Shown in pieces: positions 9,191 to 18,747 of a stretch of 64,000 nt of DNA. Location of the stretch: the NCBI GenBank assembly GCA_963681965.1, contig OY820579.1, positions 1,536,001 to 1,600,000 on the forward strand. Reading direction: 5' to 3'. Under the pieces are notes generated by a model. It ran no database searches, was not told the DNA's origin, and saw only the letters and a list, made by a program, of their open reading frames with translations. The DNA is from a bacterium (GTDB taxonomy: Bacteria; Electryoneota; JAOADG01). Positions within the stretch are counted from its first letter, which is position 1. The number at the start of each line of letters is the position of its first letter. Made by a program: the position numbers and the translations under genes.

Positions 9191-9258
9191 GGGCGGGCAT
9201 GGGAGCCCGCCCCTACTGGAAAAAGGATCGACGGGCGGGCATGGGAGCCCGCCCCTAC
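9191..9258 (-). repeat. Two identical GTAG-REP-like palindromes, in frame in the SBBP gene
   Basis: GTAGGGGCGGGCTCCCATGCCCGCCC on the minus strand at 9191-9216 and 9233-9258, each translated as SRGGLPCPPV; nearly identical to the intergenic copy at 5374-5399. Confidence 0.9.
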
Positions 9259-9753
9259 TAGCGTCTATCGTTTTTGAGGAATCAATTACGTTCGTGACGA
9301 GGGTGACACCATCGCGCTCAATAAACCAAGTGAAACCGTCGGGCCGCACCTCGCATTTATACACCACGGCGGAATCCCACTGCCCCTTGTTCTCGGTAAA
9401 CTGAAACGGGTGCGGTTATCGCGTGGATTGCACACTCACCGCTTGTACGGTAAGAAAACGACCAAATAAGAGAATCATCGTTAAGCAAACGACGAGGAAA
9501 TTTCGATTCATGTGCTGTGATCTAATCGTCATTGCCGCTCCGGCACAGTTCTAAAACATCGATTTGTGTGATCATACCGAATAATCGTAAAGATAATGCT
9601 GATATTTGATTAATCAAACGAATATTGCCGGTATTGGTAAATTAATCGTTGAAAACATCGAATAATCTGCCCAAAAATCCCCGATCGACCCAATCCTACT
9701 ATGAGGGTTTGTTGCGAGCGTACTATATTCAATGAAATTTGAATAGGTGAATT

Positions 9754-10926
9754 ATGGCTGAACGTTTCGAAGGCGTCGATTTTTACGATACCGATTCGCT
9801 GCTGACTGAAGAAGAAATCGCGATTCGCGATACCGTCCGCGATTGGGTCGAGGATCAATTTCTCCCGATCATTCGCAAACATGTCGCGGCGAAAACGTTT
9901 CCGACCGAGATCATCCCGCAGCTAGCCGAGATGGGGTTGCTCGGCGCGAACCTTCCGGAAAAATACGGCTGTGCCAATGTCTCCGAGACCGCCTACGGCT
10001 TGATCAATCAGGAGCTGGAGCGCGGCGATAGCGGTTTGCGCAGCTTCTCATCGGTGCAATCGGCGCTGGTGATGTATCCGATCTATGCTTTCGGCAGCGA
10101 GGAGCAGAAATCGTACTGGTTGCCGAAACTTGCGTGTGGCGAGAAGATCGGTTGTTTCGGATTGACGGAACCGGATCACGGCAGCGATCCTGCCGGCATG
10201 ATCACCCGTGCCGAAGACAAGGGGCGGCATTACATCCTTCATGGTGCGAAAATGTGGATCACCAACAGTCCGCTCGCCGACCTGTTTGTCGTTTGGGCAC
10301 GGCTCGACGGCGTCATTCGCGGGTTCCTGCTGGAACGCGGTATGCCCGGGCTTTCCGCACCGGAACTGACCGGAAAGTTTTCACTCTGGGCATCGGCAAC
10401 CGGTGAGATCGTAATGGATCAAGTCGAAGTTCCGAAAGAAAACATTTTGCCGAATGTATCAGGAATGAAAGGTCCGCTCTCGTGTCTCACGCAGGCACGC
10501 TACGGTATCGCGTTCGGTGCGACTGGTGCGGCGATGGCGTGTTTCGACGAAGCCCGAAAATATTCGCTGACCCGTCAGCAATTCGGTAAACCGATCGGCT
10601 CGTTCCAAATCACGCAGGTGAAATTAGCCGAGATGTTGACTGAAATCACTTTGATGCAGTTGCTCCAAATCCAGTTGGGACGGTTGAAAGAGCAAGGTAA
10701 ATTGAAACCGCAGCAAGTCTCGCTGGCGAAGCGGAACAATGTCGCGAAAGCGCTGGAGATTGCCCGTTCCGCTCGTACGATCCTCGGCGCGAATGGCATC
10801 CTCGATGAATATGTTTCAATGCGTCATGCCTGTAATCTGGAATCGGTCTTGACATACGAAGGAACACACGAGATTCACACGTTGATTCTCGGACAGGAAA
10901 TTACCGGCATCGCGGCATATTCGTGA
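9754..10926 (+). CDS. gcdH: Acyl-CoA dehydrogenase, glutaryl-CoA dehydrogenase type
   Basis: [63 protein letters not shown]. Confidence 0.85.
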   Translation: MAERFEGVDFYDTDSLLTEEEIAIRDTVRDWVEDQFLPIIRKHVAAKTFPTEIIPQLAEMGLLGANLPEKYGCANVSETAYGLINQELERGDSGLRSFSSVQSALVMYPIYAFGSEEQKSYWLPKLACGEKIGCFGLTEPDHGSDPAGMITRAEDKGRHYILHGAKMWITNSPLADLFVVWARLDGVIRGFLLERGMPGLSAPELTGKFSLWASATGEIVMDQVEVPKENILPNVSGMKGPLSCLTQARYGIAFGATGAAMACFDEARKYSLTRQQFGKPIGSFQITQVKLAEMLTEITLMQLLQIQLGRLKEQGKLKPQQVSLAKRNNVAKALEIARSARTILGANGILDEYVSMRHACNLESVLTYEGTHEIHTLILGQEITGIAAYS

Positions 10927-10988
10927 ACGAATAAGATACAATATTTACAACGACCCACTAGGGATATATCTCCCGGGAAATAAATCGA

Positions 10989-11702
10989 ATGTCGCTGAAA
11001 TCGATGATCAAAGCCATTTTGCCGAAACCCTTGCACTACGCGTACAACCGGCTCGTATCGCGTAAAAAAATCCGTCAACTCCACGGCGATTGGTTCGATC
11101 TTGAGTGGAAACATCGCGCGGCAAACTGCGACGACGAAACTTGGCGAAAAGTCTACAATGAGTCATGGGAGAATTGGTCGCAACAGGATCTCTCTCCGAT
11201 CGATTTACAGAAAATCGATGCACTCATTCCGGAAAATGTGTCGGTGCTGGATGCCGGTTGTGGCGATGGTTATTTGCTGGAAGCGTTACGGGGAAAAGGG
11301 CGGACGTTATCTGGAATCGACCTGTCGGAAGTCGCGATCGTCAAAGCGCGTGAGCGTTTGGGAACAGATATTTTATTGCAAGCAAGCAAAATCGAGCAGT
11401 TGCCATTTCAAGACAAAGCGTTCGATGTGGTGGTTTCGGCACATACCCTTGAGCATGTCCGTGAATTTGAAGTCGCGATTGCGGAATTGCGGAGGGTTTG
11501 CACAAAACGCTTAATTATCCTTGTTCCGTCGCAGGAATATCTCCCGTATACTGAAGATTACCACCTGCACTTCTTTCCGCATGATGAGGATTTGTTACGA
11601 CGCGTGAATTATCCCGGAGCACATCTAGAGCGCTATACCGTTCCGACGGGGATCTGTGCTTATAGCGGAGATATCCTCCTGCTCTGGATTGATTTCGTTT
11701 AG
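10989..11702 (+). CDS. Class I SAM-dependent methyltransferase
   Basis: VLDAGCGDG motif I, GIDLS, LPF....FDVV.S.H.LEHV. Confidence 0.85.
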   Translation: MSLKSMIKAILPKPLHYAYNRLVSRKKIRQLHGDWFDLEWKHRAANCDDETWRKVYNESWENWSQQDLSPIDLQKIDALIPENVSVLDAGCGDGYLLEALRGKGRTLSGIDLSEVAIVKARERLGTDILLQASKIEQLPFQDKAFDVVVSAHTLEHVREFEVAIAELRRVCTKRLIILVPSQEYLPYTEDYHLHFFPHDEDLLRRVNYPGAHLERYTVPTGICAYSGDILLLWIDFV

Positions 11703-11727
11703 TGGATCTTCGATCGATAAATTTCGA

Positions 11728-12648
11728 TTACACTTCTTCCGGAAACCGTTCCCGAACCAAACCGTGCCGTAAACCCTGCAGACATACTTTGACTTCTTCG
11801 ACACTCCAATGATCGAGTAATAATCGGACAATACTCGTCCCGGCGAGAATCACATCGGCGCGAGCCGGATCCATTCCCGGAATCTTTTTTCGTTGTGCGA
11901 TTGTCTGAGATTGAAACATGCGCCACTGATATTCCAGCTCTTCGCGATCGACCACGAATCCATGAACACTTGCATCAAAATGCTTCATCTTGATTGCGAT
12001 CGCTGCGATACTGACTAGTGTTCCGCCAATTCCAACGACACCGGCACCATTCGACAATCGTTTCCCTTTTGATAGAACCCGGCTGATTTCCGTTTCCATT
12101 GCTTTCATCGTACCGGGTGTCGGAGGATCGGAATGCGCTAGATACGTTTCGGTCAACTGAACAGCACCTATGGGATAACTCTCTTGCGAGAGAATATCGG
12201 AATTGTTGCCGATGATTATCTCGGTACTGCCGCCACCGACATCGAAAACGCCGATTTGTCCATCGCTACCGACAAATCCGTGTCGAGCTGCGAAATAGGC
12301 TAATCGGCTCTCTTCGGTTCCCGAGAGAATTTCAATCTCAATCCCGAGCTGTTCGCGCGCTAGTTGTACAAAGTGTGACGCATTTTTGGCGATACGAAAC
12401 GCCATTGTACCGACGATACATATTCGGGTAATTTCGCGGTTGTGAAGGTCGGTCACGATCTCATTGAGTTGTTTGAGATTTCGTTCGATGGCAATCTCGG
12501 AAAAAATACCCGTTTGAGTAGTATGCTCACCGATCCGAGTGGGGTATGATGTGTCGGTATCGAAACACCAACCGGACGAATCGTGATGCGCAATCAAGCA
12601 CTTAATTGTATTGGTTCCAATATCAATTACTGCGACGGGAGGTGTCAT
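11728..12648 (-). CDS. ppx: Ppx/GppA exopolyphosphatase family
   Basis: AVIDIGTNTIK, GTMAFR, LSG.EE, DVGGGSTE, GIGGT, RADVILAG, GLRHG. Confidence 0.9.
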   Translation of the reverse strand: MTPPVAVIDIGTNTIKCLIAHHDSSGWCFDTDTSYPTRIGEHTTQTGIFSEIAIERNLKQLNEIVTDLHNREITRICIVGTMAFRIAKNASHFVQLAREQLGIEIEILSGTEESRLAYFAARHGFVGSDGQIGVFDVGGGSTEIIIGNNSDILSQESYPIGAVQLTETYLAHSDPPTPGTMKAMETEISRVLSKGKRLSNGAGVVGIGGTLVSIAAIAIKMKHFDASVHGFVVDREELEYQWRMFQSQTIAQRKKIPGMDPARADVILAGTSIVRLLLDHWSVEEVKVCLQGLRHGLVRERFPEEV

Positions 12649-12723
12649 ATTCGTGACTCCGTGGTAAATGGTTCCGAAGGTGAGGATTTAGTTGTATTTT
12701 ATTGCAACAACGGAAAGTATGCA

Positions 12724-14151
12724 ATGATGAACACGAAAAACGGTCGATTTTTTCTCCTATTATGGATCACCCTCATTAGTTTGACGGGACTTGCCTTCGG
12801 ACAAGTCACCAATGTCTCGGGTCGAGTTCTCCGAGGAGGACATATCCCTGTTCCCTATGCCAATATCACCTACACGCATACTGGATCGGGACAAGTATAT
12901 GTAACACAAGCAGATGCTGACGGAAATTACCTAATCCGCAATCTTCTCTTGTCAGTTACCGAACAATCTGTTCCGACTTCCGGGTTGTCATCACCGAATG
13001 TTGTAACGAACAATGGTGGCGCATCGATCAATTTTCACATTCTACTCGGTCAGATAATCGATCACGCAGCAATTTTCAATATCCTCGGTCAGCAGGTTGT
13101 ATCGATTTCACTGTCTTCGCGCGACGTAACTGGAAACCAACGAATTGCTTCCGGTTTCTGGGACGGTAGGACAAGTTCCGGAGTACCTGCGAGCAACGGT
13201 TTGTATTTTATCGTTTTGAAACTGGATAATCGGCAACTCGTGTTAAAAGTTGTCCTCAATAGAACGGGTAATCGTGTTGGACAACAACCGGTTACGGAAT
13301 TGATTCAACGAAATCTAACGAACTCAATTCAATCGTTATCAAAATCCCGGGCGACGATTGCAACCGAGACATCCTATCTGGTTCTGCTCGAGCCGGACAG
13401 CATCGGGATGCGGTTTCAACCGATTCATTTTGCGCGACTGTTACACGACTCGAACAATGTCTTTATCGATACGGTAACCGGACTTCCACCGCAGAGCATT
13501 CTCTTCATCGGCAATAGTTATACTTTTTTCAATGGTGGCATCGATCTTCATCTCGCGAATCTTTGTCGGAATGCCGATTCGTTGCAACCGGTGATTACCT
13601 CCAATTCAACCTTTGGCGGATATACGTTCGAATTGCACTGGCAAACCCCTTCGACCCGGGATTCTATTCGATCGCGCCGATGGGATGTAGTGATTTTACA
13701 AGAACAGTCTACCCGTCCGGTCGACGATTCACTGTTGATGTTTCAATATGCCGATTCGCTAACGCGGATCATTCGATACAATGGCTCCGAAGCCGGCTTC
13801 TTCATGACTTGGGCACGTCAGAATGATCCACCGATGATCGAGGGACTTGCTTCATCTTACAACCACTGTGGTCGAGCGAACGGGGCAATGGTTGTGCCGG
13901 TGGGTCGCGCGTGGCAGCTTTCCTTGACCCGCAATCCAACACTGACACTGCACATCTCCGATGCCAGTCATCCTACTGTGTATGGTACTTATCTGACAAT
14001 CTGTGTCTTTTACGCCGCACTGTTCGAGCGTAGTCCGGTTGGCTTGACCTATGTCAACGATCCGTCGATTTCCGCCACTGATCGGGATTTTTTACAGCGG
14101 ATCGCGTGGGAAACGGTTCAAATATATCCCCCCGTTTGCACCGACCCGTAA
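12724..14151 (+). CDS. Secreted protein: carboxypeptidase-regulatory-like Ig + internal FlgD/T9SS-like domain + SGNH/GDSL hydrolase
   Basis: Signal peptide from ATG 12724; VSGRV...PVPYANI...ADADGNY; IFNILGQQV...WDG....G....SNGLYF; ILFIGNSYT, WDVVILQEQS, DASHP. Confidence 0.75.
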   Translation: MMNTKNGRFFLLLWITLISLTGLAFGQVTNVSGRVLRGGHIPVPYANITYTHTGSGQVYVTQADADGNYLIRNLLLSVTEQSVPTSGLSSPNVVTNNGGASINFHILLGQIIDHAAIFNILGQQVVSISLSSRDVTGNQRIASGFWDGRTSSGVPASNGLYFIVLKLDNRQLVLKVVLNRTGNRVGQQPVTELIQRNLTNSIQSLSKSRATIATETSYLVLLEPDSIGMRFQPIHFARLLHDSNNVFIDTVTGLPPQSILFIGNSYTFFNGGIDLHLANLCRNADSLQPVITSNSTFGGYTFELHWQTPSTRDSIRSRRWDVVILQEQSTRPVDDSLLMFQYADSLTRIIRYNGSEAGFFMTWARQNDPPMIEGLASSYNHCGRANGAMVVPVGRAWQLSLTRNPTLTLHISDASHPTVYGTYLTICVFYAALFERSPVGLTYVNDPSISATDRDFLQRIAWETVQIYPPVCTDP

Positions 14152-14189
14152 ATCCAGCTATAATTAATTCGGAATTTGGATCATCAGTC

Positions 14190-14214
14190 GGGCGCGGATC
14201 GAATTCGCGCCCCT
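14190..14214. repeat. Degenerate REP-like palindrome
   Basis: GGGCGCGGATCGAATTCGCGCCCCT in the intergenic region before tyrS. Confidence 0.55.
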
Positions 14215-14237
14215 CATTTTGTTATCTGGAGTAGAAA

Positions 14238-15524
14238 ATGTCGAAGCGAACTGCATTCGAAGAATTACAGGCACGGGGTTTGGTCAGCCAACTCACCCAC
14301 GAAGAAGAGCTACCGAAACTGTTGACGACGCCGGTGACCTTTTACGTTGGATTCGACCCGACTGCAAAGAGTCTTCACGTCGGAAGTATGCTGCCGATGT
14401 TTGTGATTGCTCATCTGCAACGCTTTGGGCACCGTCCGATAATCTTGGTCGGTGGTGCTACCGGCATGATTGGCGATCCCAGCGGACGTTCCGAAGAACG
14501 CTTGCTGTTGATGCAGGATAAAATTTCCGAGAATCTTGCCGGGATCCGCAAGCAGCTCGAAGCGTTCGTCAGTTTCGAAGGCGATAATGCCGCAATCATG
14601 GTCGACAATTACGACTGGACCAGCAAATTCAGTTTCATCGATTGGCTCCGCGATGTCGGCAAGCACTTCACCGTGAATTATATGATGCAAAAAAAATCGG
14701 TGCAGTTGCGGCTGGAAAATCGCGAACAGGGCATCTCTTATACCGAATTCAGCTATATGCTGCTTCAGGCGCACGACTTCCTTCACTTGTATCAGACCTA
14801 TCGCTGCAAATTGCAGTGCGGTGGCGACGATCAGTGGGGCAACATCACAGCCGGAATGGATTTAATCCGGAAGAAGTGCGGTCAGGAAGCCGAAGCGTTT
14901 GGTCTGACTTGGCCGTTATTGACGACTGCCAGCGGCGAGAAATTCGGTAAATCTGCCGGGAATGCGGTCTGGCTCGATCCCGAACTCACTTCGCCCTACC
15001 ATTTCTACCAATACTGGATTCAAACTACCGATCAGGATGTGGAGAAATTGCTGAAATATTTCTCCTTCCTCTCATTGGAAGAGATTGCTGCGATCTGTGA
15101 GGAACATCTGAAATCGCCGGAAAACCGCTTGGCGCAAATTCGTCTAGCCACAGAAGTGACGCGCTTGATTCATGGCGATGCCGGTCTACAGAAGGCGCAA
15201 TTGGCTACCGACATCTTCTTTGGAAAACCGATACAAGGGTTATCCGATGCCGACTTGCTTGCGGTCTTTGCCAACGTACCCTCGTACACTTTCCCACGGC
15301 AGCAGATTGCCGAAGGGATCGCGTTGGTCGATGCCAGTGTCGCAGCAGGAGCCTACAGTTCGAAAGGGGAAGCGCGCCGCATGATAACGGGTGGCGGTCT
15401 GTATGTCAATAACAATCGGGTAACCGATGAGAAGATGATCCTGACCAGCGAGCACTTTGTCGGTGAATCCTCAATCGTGCTTCGCAAAGGGAAAAAGGAT
15501 TATTTCTTGCTCCGGTTTGAATAG
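14238..15524 (+). CDS. tyrS: Tyrosine--tRNA ligase
   Basis: YVGFDPTAKSLHVGS (HIGH), GGATGMIGDPSG, EFSYMLLQ, GGDDQWGNI, KFGKS, C-terminal S4 domain. Confidence 0.97.
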   Translation: MSKRTAFEELQARGLVSQLTHEEELPKLLTTPVTFYVGFDPTAKSLHVGSMLPMFVIAHLQRFGHRPIILVGGATGMIGDPSGRSEERLLLMQDKISENLAGIRKQLEAFVSFEGDNAAIMVDNYDWTSKFSFIDWLRDVGKHFTVNYMMQKKSVQLRLENREQGISYTEFSYMLLQAHDFLHLYQTYRCKLQCGGDDQWGNITAGMDLIRKKCGQEAEAFGLTWPLLTTASGEKFGKSAGNAVWLDPELTSPYHFYQYWIQTTDQDVEKLLKYFSFLSLEEIAAICEEHLKSPENRLAQIRLATEVTRLIHGDAGLQKAQLATDIFFGKPIQGLSDADLLAVFANVPSYTFPRQQIAEGIALVDASVAAGAYSSKGEARRMITGGGLYVNNNRVTDEKMILTSEHFVGESSIVLRKGKKDYFLLRFE

Positions 15525-15551
15525 TTTGGAAGAGTTTGTTACGACACGAAT

Positions 15552-15582
15552 CGAGCCGCTGTAACGCGGCTCGTTTTATTTT
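15552..15582 (+). terminator. Rho-independent terminator after tyrS
   Basis: CGAGCCGC-TGTAAC-GCGGCTCG followed by TTTTATTTT. Confidence 0.75.
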
Positions 15583-15618
15583 ACATAATAAATCGTTTGA
15601 TATAAATGCAATATTTTG

Positions 15619-15865
15619 TAGATTACCGCCATCTGAAAGTCGATCACGGCAAACAATTTGTGAAAGGTCGTGTTCACATCAATGGTCTCGAAGGGTTCTG
15701 GAGCTGGGCAAAGGAACAGTTGATGAAACACCACGGCGTGTCGAAAAAGACTTTTCCGCTGTATCTCAAAGAGCTTGAGTTCAGGTAAAATAATCGCGAT
15801 CAGGATATCTTCAAAATGATCGTAATATAACTGTCAACTATTGTGCCAAACCACCACTAATTACC
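15619..15865 (+). mobile_element. IS1595-family transposase 3' remnant
   Basis: YRHLKVDHGKQFVKGRVHINGLEGFWSWAK..LMKHHGVSK..FPLYLKELEFR*NNR is the IS1595/ISXO2-like C-terminus with internal stops; probable right end ...CACTAATTACC. Confidence 0.8.
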
Positions 15866-15949
15866 TTTTTTTATCGTTTACAATGCAATTCACTCGCTTT
15901 AACTCAAAGATGCGTGTTGTTAAAGTAAGTCTTAACGAGGAATTGAATA

Positions 15950-16879
15950 ATGGCAAAATATTCGAATATTTTTATGGTTATGTTCCTGTATTTACTTCTT
16001 CATACAAATGCGTTTGCGATGACAGAAGTACACGTTAACAGAACATCTGAAGGTTATGGTCCACGGATTTGGGTGGGTAATGGGTATGCACATTGCTTTG
16101 CCCCGTATAATTCGCCAATTGAATTCAATGTTCAAAACTCAACTCGATTTTCCGACACCCTTTCGCTTCACATTTATTTATCGTCGGGTATTCAAAAATT
16201 ATCTGGTGACTTAAATTGGCAGGGATATGTATCAAAATTTAAACTATATGGTGAAACATTATCCCTTCAGATAAATTCCGATGGGCTACACACGGTAGTC
16301 ACAACGATCCAATTTCCACTCGATACGATTGTTTACCCGTATATCGACACTACTTACTTCTACGCTAAGGATGGTTTTGTTCGTTACGTCCGAGGTTCAT
16401 TTCAAGAGCGAGACCGCGCATGGATCGATAGTGTTGTACAAATTGAAAAGGTTAGAGGTAACCTTTCCGATATGATGAAAGTGAATGATATTAACATAAT
16501 AGCTTACCAAACTGCAGCTCTTCAATGTGTGATTGGAGGATGGATAAGTAATTACTACGGTTCGGGATACCCGGATTCAATTTCCAAAATAATCTGCGAA
16601 AACCAACTACTCGCATCACCACCGCGACTTGAATTAGTGGATGCATACTTAAATCGGGATTCCGAACCGTATTATTCAAACAGCAAACATACCGAATTGA
16701 TCGCATTGGTTAAGCAACAATTGAGTGATTTATATGCGCTCGATCAGCAAATTATTGGAACTACGAGTGATACAGTACGGCGTCAATTGCTGCTACAGCG
16801 AAATGGTTTACAACAAATTCAGTTAAAAGCTCGGCAGAACTTACTTAATGAAACCTCTGATTTAATCCCACGTTTTTGA
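15950..16879 (+). CDS. Hypothetical secreted protein; last 9 residues come from the IS5 end
   Basis: GAGGA RBS; signal peptide ending ...TNAFA; C-terminal helical segment; native stop displaced by the IS. Confidence 0.7.
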   Translation: MAKYSNIFMVMFLYLLLHTNAFAMTEVHVNRTSEGYGPRIWVGNGYAHCFAPYNSPIEFNVQNSTRFSDTLSLHIYLSSGIQKLSGDLNWQGYVSKFKLYGETLSLQINSDGLHTVVTTIQFPLDTIVYPYIDTTYFYAKDGFVRYVRGSFQERDRAWIDSVVQIEKVRGNLSDMMKVNDINIIAYQTAALQCVIGGWISNYYGSGYPDSISKIICENQLLASPPRLELVDAYLNRDSEPYYSNSKHTELIALVKQQLSDLYALDQQIIGTTSDTVRRQLLLQRNGLQQIQLKARQNLLNETSDLIPRF

Positions 16880-18067
16880 TGATTATCTCGTATTGCCGTT
16901 AGAGCCTATAACGGAGTTTACAATGTCCCTCGTTCCCTCTACCCGCGAATGGATTACCTTCGGTGAACTAGACGATCAGTGTCGCCGTCACAAGAAGAGC
17001 ATGCTTGATGAGATCGATCGGTTGATCGATTTTCGTCCGATCGAGTCGCTGCTAATGCGGATGTACCGCGGCACCCGCGGTCGCCCCCCGATCCCGCCGT
17101 TGATGTTGTTCAAAGCGTTGCTGTTGGAACAATGGTACGGTCTGTCGGATGTACAAGTGGTGCAGGAGATCCACGACCGACGCAGCTTCGAACGGTTTAT
17201 CGGTTTTACCGTTCGCGATTATCTGTTGGACGATTCGACCCTGGTTCGGTTCCGTCAACGGTTGCGCGACTTTCGTTACGAGAAGGAATTGTTCAATGAA
17301 TTGAACCGTCAGTTGGCTTCGTTCGGTCTATTCGTTCGCAGTTGTACACTGGTCGACGCGACATTGGTCAAGGGTGCCACGACTGCGGGCTCCACCCGTG
17401 CCGACGGTACTCCGGTCGACCCCGATGTAACCATCACGGTCCGCAAAGATAAACCGGTCGACGGGATGAAAGTGCATGTTTCGATGGATCATGAAAGCGA
17501 GCTGATCGAAGCAGTCGACTTGACATCGAATATTGTTCACGACTCGCAGGTGTTCGAGGCATTGCTTCCCGACGACACCGGTGGCGTGTTTGCCGACAAG
17601 GCGTACGATTCGACGGCACACCGCAACTTGATTCACGCCCGCCACTGGTACGACGGCATTCTTCACAAGGCAAGACGCAATCGTCGCTTGACGGAACATG
17701 AGCGATGCCGCAATCGATCCAACTCACGGATCCGAAGCCGGATCGAAGCCAAGATGAACGACTTGAAGCGGTGGGGACACCTCGCGCGTTTGCGCTATTA
17801 CGGTATCGAACGGAATCTGACACAAGTCTACTTTACCGCCATGGCAGTGAACTTGAAACGGGCCTGCAAACTGGTGCTGGTAACCTGAAAAACGATAAAT
17901 CGGAGAGTGAACTCTGCCCAAGCAGCAGAAATCACCGAAAATCATCAAAAAATCCAACCAAAATCGACCCCAATTACACTAAAATTTGCAATTCATTTCG
18001 AAAATCGTCGAAATCAGACTGATGAGGCAAAAGAGAGTGATACAAAAGTGATTTTTTCAGAGGTTTC
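16850..18067 (+). mobile_element. IS5-family insertion sequence, 1218 bp
   Basis: TIR GAAACCTCTGA (16850-16860) / TCAGAGGTTTC (18057-18067); direct repeat TTAAT on both sides (16845-16849, 18068-18072). Confidence 0.9.
16923..17888 (+). CDS. IS5-family transposase
   Basis: GRPP....LFK.LLL..WYGLSD, DRRSF, D.STL.RFR, LVDAT, GMKVH, HDS, ADKAY, IRSRIE, RYYG; GGAG RBS before ATG 16923. Confidence 0.92.
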   Translation: MSLVPSTREWITFGELDDQCRRHKKSMLDEIDRLIDFRPIESLLMRMYRGTRGRPPIPPLMLFKALLLEQWYGLSDVQVVQEIHDRRSFERFIGFTVRDYLLDDSTLVRFRQRLRDFRYEKELFNELNRQLASFGLFVRSCTLVDATLVKGATTAGSTRADGTPVDPDVTITVRKDKPVDGMKVHVSMDHESELIEAVDLTSNIVHDSQVFEALLPDDTGGVFADKAYDSTAHRNLIHARHWYDGILHKARRNRRLTEHERCRNRSNSRIRSRIEAKMNDLKRWGHLARLRYYGIERNLTQVYFTAMAVNLKRACKLVLVT

Positions 18068-18270
18068 TTAATTAGTATCGTTTTGTTATTCCATTGTATC
18101 GATCATCTCTGAAACAATTTCAACATCCAGTTACTTGCTCATCCAGCACTCAAGCTTTCTTTTCGCTTCTGACTGATTCATCTCAATCAGAAAATCGAAA
18201 GGAAGTTCGCGGAAGATTGCTTTTCAAAACTTATCCGAATGGGGGTTCTCTAACAGAAACAGATGCTGGA

Positions 18271-18426
18271 TTGATCGCGTTAGTCAAGCAACAATTGATG
18301 GAGCTATATCAACTCGATCAGCAGATTATTAATGCGACTAATCCGACGACTCGTCAACAACTTCTCTGGCGACGTTCCTCGCTCATCGACCAACAAAACC
18401 AAGCCCGTCGAGATTTTCTTAAATGA
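18271..18426 (+). pseudogene. Partial paralog of the C-terminal helix of the 15950 protein
   Basis: LIALVKQQLMELYQLDQQII...ARRDFLK* versus LIALVKQQLSDLYALDQQII...ARQNLLN, 29/51 identical by manual alignment. Confidence 0.75.
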
Positions 18427-18624
18427 GGATCCAGTGCAAAAATAATTTGTCGGTACCGATGATAGAAGAGACGCATCATTCCCTTTCTCATTGATCTGTA
18501 AAGTGAGTGAAATTAGAAAGATTCATTTAGTAAAAATTACCAACTCTACTAGATCAGCTCCTTTATATTGGTTACTCACTCTTAAACACGCATCTACATA
18601 CTTCGACAGCCAATGCTCCATAAC

Positions 18625-18720
18625 TGTACAATAATGTAACATTAATAGACACTCGCAAGTACTTAAAAACGCAACCGACTATTGATTATTAATGATATAG
18701 AGTTGTGGAACAGACTTTGC
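18625..18720 (+). promoter_or_regulatory. Putative sigma-54 (-24/-12) promoter with an upstream activator-like palindrome
   Basis: TGGAACAGACTTTGC at 18706-18720 has correct GG/GC spacing; TGTACAATAATGTAACA at 18625-18641; a sigma-54 activator is encoded in the same locus. Confidence 0.65.
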
Positions 18721-18747
18721 TCTCCAAAATGCATCTGGAGACAATAC

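Larger units (their letters stand above)
5413..9511 (-). pseudogene. Disrupted secreted protein: signal peptide + FTENKGQW N-terminal domain + SBBP beta-propeller repeats + C-terminal T9SS/FlgD-like sorting domain
   Basis: ATG 9511 MNRNFLVVCLTMILLFG...; in-frame TAA at 9418-9416; then FQFTENKGQWD...FTWFIERDGVT; IS at ~8104-9166; then SHAIKFKFV...WHNNYFLGND.SKW...EFDFVAHPGADP; frameshift near 7265-7290; then IDPQIYSTFVGG.G.D repeats and YPNPFN...SGTYFV...QKIVLLK. Confidence 0.88.
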
